From: Acidobacteriota bacterium
GTDB taxonomy: Bacteria > Acidobacteriota > UBA6911
DNA length: 64,000 nt
Direction: 5' to 3'
NCBI GenBank assembly: GCA_963664705.1
Contig: OY761556.1
Coordinates: 1,248,001 to 1,312,000, forward strand
The notes under the pieces are model-generated. The model saw only the letters and a list, made by a program, of their open reading frames with translations, had not been told where the DNA came from and ran no database searches. A program made the position numbers and the translations under genes. Within the stretch, counting starts at the first letter, position 1, and every line of letters starts with the position of its first letter. Below, in pieces: positions 59,581 to 64,000 of this stretch.

Positions 59581-61221
59581 ATGCGCAAATTCCCGGTGCC
59601 CGCAATTACAAAAGTTATTCTGTTTATCCTATTAGCCCTATCGATGCCATTGCCCCGTAACCTAGCGGCCCAATCACAGAGAGAACAAATTCGCATTATC
59701 GGCGCCATCAGCAAATACCTCGAACGTGTGGGCGAGGTTCAGGCAGCCCAGCGGCTGCGAAGGATGTTGCAGGAGGGAACGATTCAGGTCGTGCCTCAGA
59801 TCAAAGACGACGCCGGCGGCCAGATTTTTGGAGAACTGGACAACCGGGTCATCCGCCTGAACAAAAGCATGTTCGGCAATATCTTCGATCCCGATACGAC
59901 GGGGGGAGCGGTCTTCTCCGATACGGTCAAAGCCGCCCAGACTCTATATCATGAGATGCTCCATGCCGAGCAATCGACCCTGACCCTCATGAACACAACC
60001 AAGAAGGAAACCGAAGCGTGGACCCAAACCGCGGATGCATCGGCCCTCTGGGTCAGCAGACTGCGGGCCAAATATGAGGCGGCCAGCGACCCGGAGGAGC
60101 GCAAACGACTCCTGCTCCTCCTGCGCGATACGGTGTCGGCATGGGCCGATTATCTGGCGACCATTGCAAATGACAAAATTCCAAGCAAGGAAGTCAACGA
60201 CAACGGAAAATGGCTCGGTTTGGATGGGAATCGCGGCACCATCAAAGAAGTAACCAGTGCCGCCAGGAAATACCGGGACAGCCTGAATGCCGAGGTGCGG
60301 AGCTATTGGCCCGGCCGCTCCGGTCCGACGGCGAAAGGCCCTGCGCCCAAACGCTATGTGGACGACCTCGAGGCTCCGGAGCTTCAAAGTATCCTGGATT
60401 GTGCCTGTCGCCTCTCCACTTCCTGCACGGCCACGGCAAAGTACGACACTCGCCCGATGGATGCTTCGGGTTCCTGCCGGGAAACCGCTAACGGCCCCTG
60501 CTACTGCATGGGTTTTGGCTGCCTGCGTTCACCCCTGAATCCAGATCATCTCTCCCGATGCCTCCAGGATGCCTCCGTTGTCTCCGACTCGGATGTGGTC
60601 AACAGATTGCTCAAAACAATGCAGGCCGATACTGCAAAGAATGGCCGCAAGCCGGACGGTTCCTGGAAAGCAACGAATGGAGATACCACTGCCCGGATGA
60701 ATGTTTTCGGACAGTCCTGGACGCTGAAGCAGGCCCATGCGGCCAATGACAAACCCGCAACCACCGTCTACACGGTCCTGAAGACCGGGAATGTTACCTC
60801 TGCCGGAACCTATGTACACACCGATGTCAAAGGAAACTGGACCGGGTCATGGGAAGCAACGATGGTTTCCAATAACGAATTGAGCCTGGCCTGGCACGAC
60901 GATGCCTCCGGTGCCAACGGCATCGTGGTCTTTGCGCGCGATGGCGCCGCCGCCCCCCCTGAGCCTGCTCAAAGCACCGGAAACCGGTGGCAGTGCAGCG
61001 GAAAAAACTATGGATTTGAGAAACGCAATGGTTCCTGGGTGGAGTTTATGGAAAACGGTTCCGTTCGGTTTCGCCTGGTTGAGGTGAGCCGCAACAGCCA
61101 ATACCTCGAATTGCTGGATCAAGGCCGAAACGTTTCTGTCCGCATCTTTTCGGATCGCTTTGCCTGGTCTGACGACCGGAAAAACTGGACCGATGAATGC
61201 AAAGGCGGCGGCTGGAAATAA
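59581..61221 (+). CDS. Secreted multidomain hypothetical protein with HExxH motif
   Basis: Signal peptide, LYHEMLHAEQ..ETEAW, 8-Cys segment, Trp-rich beta domains. Confidence 0.7.
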   Translation: MRKFPVPAITKVILFILLALSMPLPRNLAAQSQREQIRIIGAISKYLERVGEVQAAQRLRRMLQEGTIQVVPQIKDDAGGQIFGELDNRVIRLNKSMFGNIFDPDTTGGAVFSDTVKAAQTLYHEMLHAEQSTLTLMNTTKKETEAWTQTADASALWVSRLRAKYEAASDPEERKRLLLLLRDTVSAWADYLATIANDKIPSKEVNDNGKWLGLDGNRGTIKEVTSAARKYRDSLNAEVRSYWPGRSGPTAKGPAPKRYVDDLEAPELQSILDCACRLSTSCTATAKYDTRPMDASGSCRETANGPCYCMGFGCLRSPLNPDHLSRCLQDASVVSDSDVVNRLLKTMQADTAKNGRKPDGSWKATNGDTTARMNVFGQSWTLKQAHAANDKPATTVYTVLKTGNVTSAGTYVHTDVKGNWTGSWEATMVSNNELSLAWHDDASGANGIVVFARDGAAAPPEPAQSTGNRWQCSGKNYGFEKRNGSWVEFMENGSVRFRLVEVSRNSQYLELLDQGRNVSVRIFSDRFAWSDDRKNWTDECKGGGWK

Positions 61222-61420
61222 GACCTACTCACGGAATGGGTGGCGTTTCAGGAGGCTCTGCCCCCTTTTCCCGCCCATTCCAAAAATTGTAAAAACTCCC
61301 CCTCAAAAAACAATCCAGGTTTGACTATAATCTCCTCACCCCCTTCGTCGCGGGAAGTTCTCCCGCAGCTATACCAGCAAATCGACATAAAAGTTTTTCC
61401 AGCTTTGCGGCGAGGAATGT

Positions 61421-62542
61421 ATGAAATCAGCGCAGGTGTTGAAGAGAATGCTGTCTGTTGTGAAACTCACCATGGTGGTCCTGATCCTGTCCATTTGCGT
61501 CTTCGGAGGGCAGTTGCCGGACCAGGCCCTGAACTCGGCCAGTCCGCGCATTCGGGAAATCATGAATGCCCAGGAGGAAGCTACTCCGGAATTGATGGCG
61601 ATCGAGGATGTGATCGGCACGGCGATCGGCCAGGATGACGACGGCGAACCGACCATCCTGGTTTTTGTCAATCTGGAGGGGAAAAATCCTTCGGCCAACA
61701 GCCGCAAGATTCCCAAGGCCATCAAGGGCGAACGCGTTACGGTCTCAATTACCGAGCCTTTTCGCGCATTTGCCGGGAAGAACAGTCCCACCACCACGGT
61801 ATCCCATACGGCAAAACAGGCGCTTCCGATCAAACTTGGAACTTCCGGCGGATGGCGCAACGATCTTGCCAACGGCTACTGCTGCGGTGGAACCCTGGGC
61901 GCGCTGATTCAGGTCAATGGCCAACAATATATTCTGAGCAACTATCACGTGTTCGAAGCCGATATCGTTCCCGGAGGGAATGGAGTTGTTGCCACCAACG
62001 GGAGCTATGCCATTCAACCGGGGTTGATCGATGTGGGATGTGGGGCCCCAAGCGCGCAAAATGTGGCGACTCTCCAGATACTCAAGTCCCTGCCCAACAG
62101 CAATGTGGATGCCTCCATCGCCCAGGTGCTTAGCGGAGCCGTCAGCGCCGAGATCCTGGAAATTGGCCCCATCTCCTCACAAACTGTTCCCGCTGCCCTG
62201 AATCAGAAGGTCAAAAAGAGCGGCCGGACCACCGGATTGACGCGCAGCTCTGTGAGCGGACTGAATGCCACAATATCCGTGACGTATGAGAACGAATGCG
62301 CCGGAGGTACGGCATTTACCAAAATCTTCACGGGGCAGATCGTCCTGGCCAATCGGAGCAGCCGGTTCCTCAACAGCGGCGATTCCGGATCGCTGCTGGT
62401 TGAGGATTACACCACCAATCCGCGCGCGATCGGACTGTTGTTTGCCGGCAGCAGCTCGCTCGCCATTGCCAATCCAATCAACCAGGTGCTTGCGTTTGTG
62501 GGAAACGCACTGGGGGGATCCGCGACGATGGTTGGCAACTGA
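61421..62542 (+). CDS. Secreted trypsin-like (Nal1-like) serine protease
   Basis: GGTLGA, LSNYHV (His), NVDASIA (Asp), KSGRTTGLT, GDSGS (Ser), GLLFAG. Confidence 0.82.
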   Translation: MKSAQVLKRMLSVVKLTMVVLILSICVFGGQLPDQALNSASPRIREIMNAQEEATPELMAIEDVIGTAIGQDDDGEPTILVFVNLEGKNPSANSRKIPKAIKGERVTVSITEPFRAFAGKNSPTTTVSHTAKQALPIKLGTSGGWRNDLANGYCCGGTLGALIQVNGQQYILSNYHVFEADIVPGGNGVVATNGSYAIQPGLIDVGCGAPSAQNVATLQILKSLPNSNVDASIAQVLSGAVSAEILEIGPISSQTVPAALNQKVKKSGRTTGLTRSSVSGLNATISVTYENECAGGTAFTKIFTGQIVLANRSSRFLNSGDSGSLLVEDYTTNPRAIGLLFAGSSSLAIANPINQVLAFVGNALGGSATMVGN

Positions 62543-62588
62543 GTTTGTCGGAAAGATTTCAGGTTTGATTCCAGATTCGAGCGCACTA

Positions 62589-62615
62589 GGAGTGCCGGCA
62601 AGAGGCCGGCACTCC
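62589..62615. terminator. Perfect GC-rich hairpin between convergent genes (terminator or REP)
   Basis: GGAGTGCCGGC-AAGAG-GCCGGCACTCC; no U-tract. Confidence 0.5.
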
Positions 62616-62622
62616 CGGTAAG

Positions 62623-64000
62623 CTATTCTCCAATCAGCCTGGGAAGCCGCAGGAATTCCTGGATGCGCGCGAGCAGCGGCCGCTGCGCCTCGGTTGAAGC
62701 GGGCTGCCCTGCCACCGCTACCGCCCTATGCCTCTCAATCGCTGCCTGGCGCGCCGATACCACGGAGCCGATTCGTTGCACAACGTCCGGGTTTGCGAGC
62801 GCGATGTCCCGCAGCGCTTCCGAGGTCAGTTCCACCAGTTCGCATTCTTCCAGCGCTTCCACCGTGGCGGATCGCGGCTGGCCGGTCAGCAGCGACATCT
62901 CCCCGATATAGCCTCCCGCCTCCACCACCGCCAGTTCACCCGCAGCGTTCTCCACAACCCGGACGCGGCCGCATCGGATCACAAACATCGATCCTCCCGC
63001 ATCCCCCTGGCGGACGATCCGCTCTCCCTTTCCATAAATTCTCTCAAGGGCTCCCGCCGCCAGCGCATGCCGCTGCTCCTCTGTCAGGGGCGCAAACAGC
63101 TCCAGCGGCGCGAGGATGCTGTCGATCCTGCGTGTGCGGCTTGAAGCGCTCTCCGGTGCCTCCTGCCTCGGAATTTCCACCTGGATCGGGAACGGAATTT
63201 CATAACCGTGGCGCCGCAGCGCATAATAAATGGCCGATTGCATCTGATCCCGCGCCGCCGCATCACGACCGAAATCTTCCACCCAGAAACGCACGCGATA
63301 GACAATGGCTGAGGGGCCGAAGCTGACCAGCACCGCGTCCGGAGAAGGTTCTCTCAATGCCATCGACACATTGCCGGCAGCTTCGAGAAGAGCCGACTTG
63401 ACGCGGTCCGGGGATACCGAATAGCTGACCCCGACTTCCACCTCCAGCCGCGTCGGCACCGCCGGCTGCGAGTAATTGACGATGGCTTCCTTGGAAAGCA
63501 TGGAGTTCGGCAGGATCACCATATTCCCGGTCTTGGTCCGCAGCCGCGTGGCCCTCCAGGTGACTTCACTGACCTGCCCCTCGTGGCTCGCCACCCGGAT
63601 CCAATGGCCTACCCGAAAAGGCTTTTCGACCTGGATTGCCAGCCCCGCAAAAGTGTTGCCCAGCGTATCCTGCAGCGCAAAACCGATGACAACGGCGCCC
63701 ACCGCCGAAGTGGTGAGAAATTTCTCCTGCATGACCAGCGTGGCTACGACAAAAAACAATCCGATGATGATCGTGTCCTGAAGAATATTGGGGAAGCGCT
63801 CCGGGACCCGATCCTCCCGCAGCGGATTGATAGCCGTGATCACCACGATATTGATCACCGCGAGCGCAAAGCACAGCTCGATCACGGACTGAATGCGTAC
63901 CGCATTGGCCGCAGACAACCCTGTATAGTGCAGTACCGCCGTTCCCAGCACATAAACGGCCGCGAGCAGGAAGGATATCCGCAGTTTGCGCCGGATAAGC
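62623..64000 (-). CDS. MscS-family mechanosensitive channel with C-terminal cNMP-binding domain (5' end outside window)
   Basis: IGFALQDTLGNTFAG, PFRVGHWI, TWRATRL, IPFP, followed by RQGDAGGSMFVI..GEMSLLTGQPRSATV; the frame stays open to position 64000. Confidence 0.9.
   Translation of the reverse strand, partial: LIRRKLRISFLLAAVYVLGTAVLHYTGLSAANAVRIQSVIELCFALAVINIVVITAINPLREDRVPERFPNILQDTIIIGLFFVVATLVMQEKFLTTSAVGAVVIGFALQDTLGNTFAGLAIQVEKPFRVGHWIRVASHEGQVSEVTWRATRLRTKTGNMVILPNSMLSKEAIVNYSQPAVPTRLEVEVGVSYSVSPDRVKSALLEAAGNVSMALREPSPDAVLVSFGPSAIVYRVRFWVEDFGRDAAARDQMQSAIYYALRRHGYEIPFPIQVEIPRQEAPESASSRTRRIDSILAPLELFAPLTEEQRHALAAGALERIYGKGERIVRQGDAGGSMFVIRCGRVRVVENAAGELAVVEAGGYIGEMSLLTGQPRSATVEALEECELVELTSEALRDIALANPDVVQRIGSVVSARQAAIERHRAVAVAGQPASTEAQRPLLARIQEFLRLPRLIGE

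Overview
Bacterial chromosomal window, GC-rich and most likely Acidobacteriota (inferred from the TonB/ExbBD cluster style, the carboxypeptidase-regulatory-domain TonB-dependent receptor and Rec[10 protein letters not shown]). The first ~36 kb is mostly housekeeping: uvrA (runs off the left edge), tgt-yajC-secD-secF, tonB-exbB-exbD-exbD-TPR, rel, ridA, rpmB, recA, rnpB, an LPS lipid A/heptose cluster, an arg operon, leuA with an unannotated Leu-rich leader peptide, and pheA. The most striking locus (36.6-48.8 kb) is a four-gene lipid/polyketide cluster: FabH-like KAS III, an acyl-CoA dehydrogenase, a 2805-aa iterative type I synthase (KS-AT-KS-ACP x3-KR-DH; no ER or TE) and a PPTase. All three carrier domains have Thr (GIDTVK) instead of the phosphopantetheine-accepting Ser, and the second KS is divergent but keeps Cys-His-His. 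Downstream of tRNA-Arg(UCU) is an accessory region that starts with a Y1/HUH (RAYT-like) transposase bounded by perfect 18-bp inverted repeats with stuttered partial copies outside both ends. Other non-coding structure: a dispersed ~150-180-bp REP/MITE-like family (4 copies, one compensatory base change), several inverted heptamer tandem arrays, and a multi-hairpin spacer between the two exbD genes. All calls were made by eye, without database searches.
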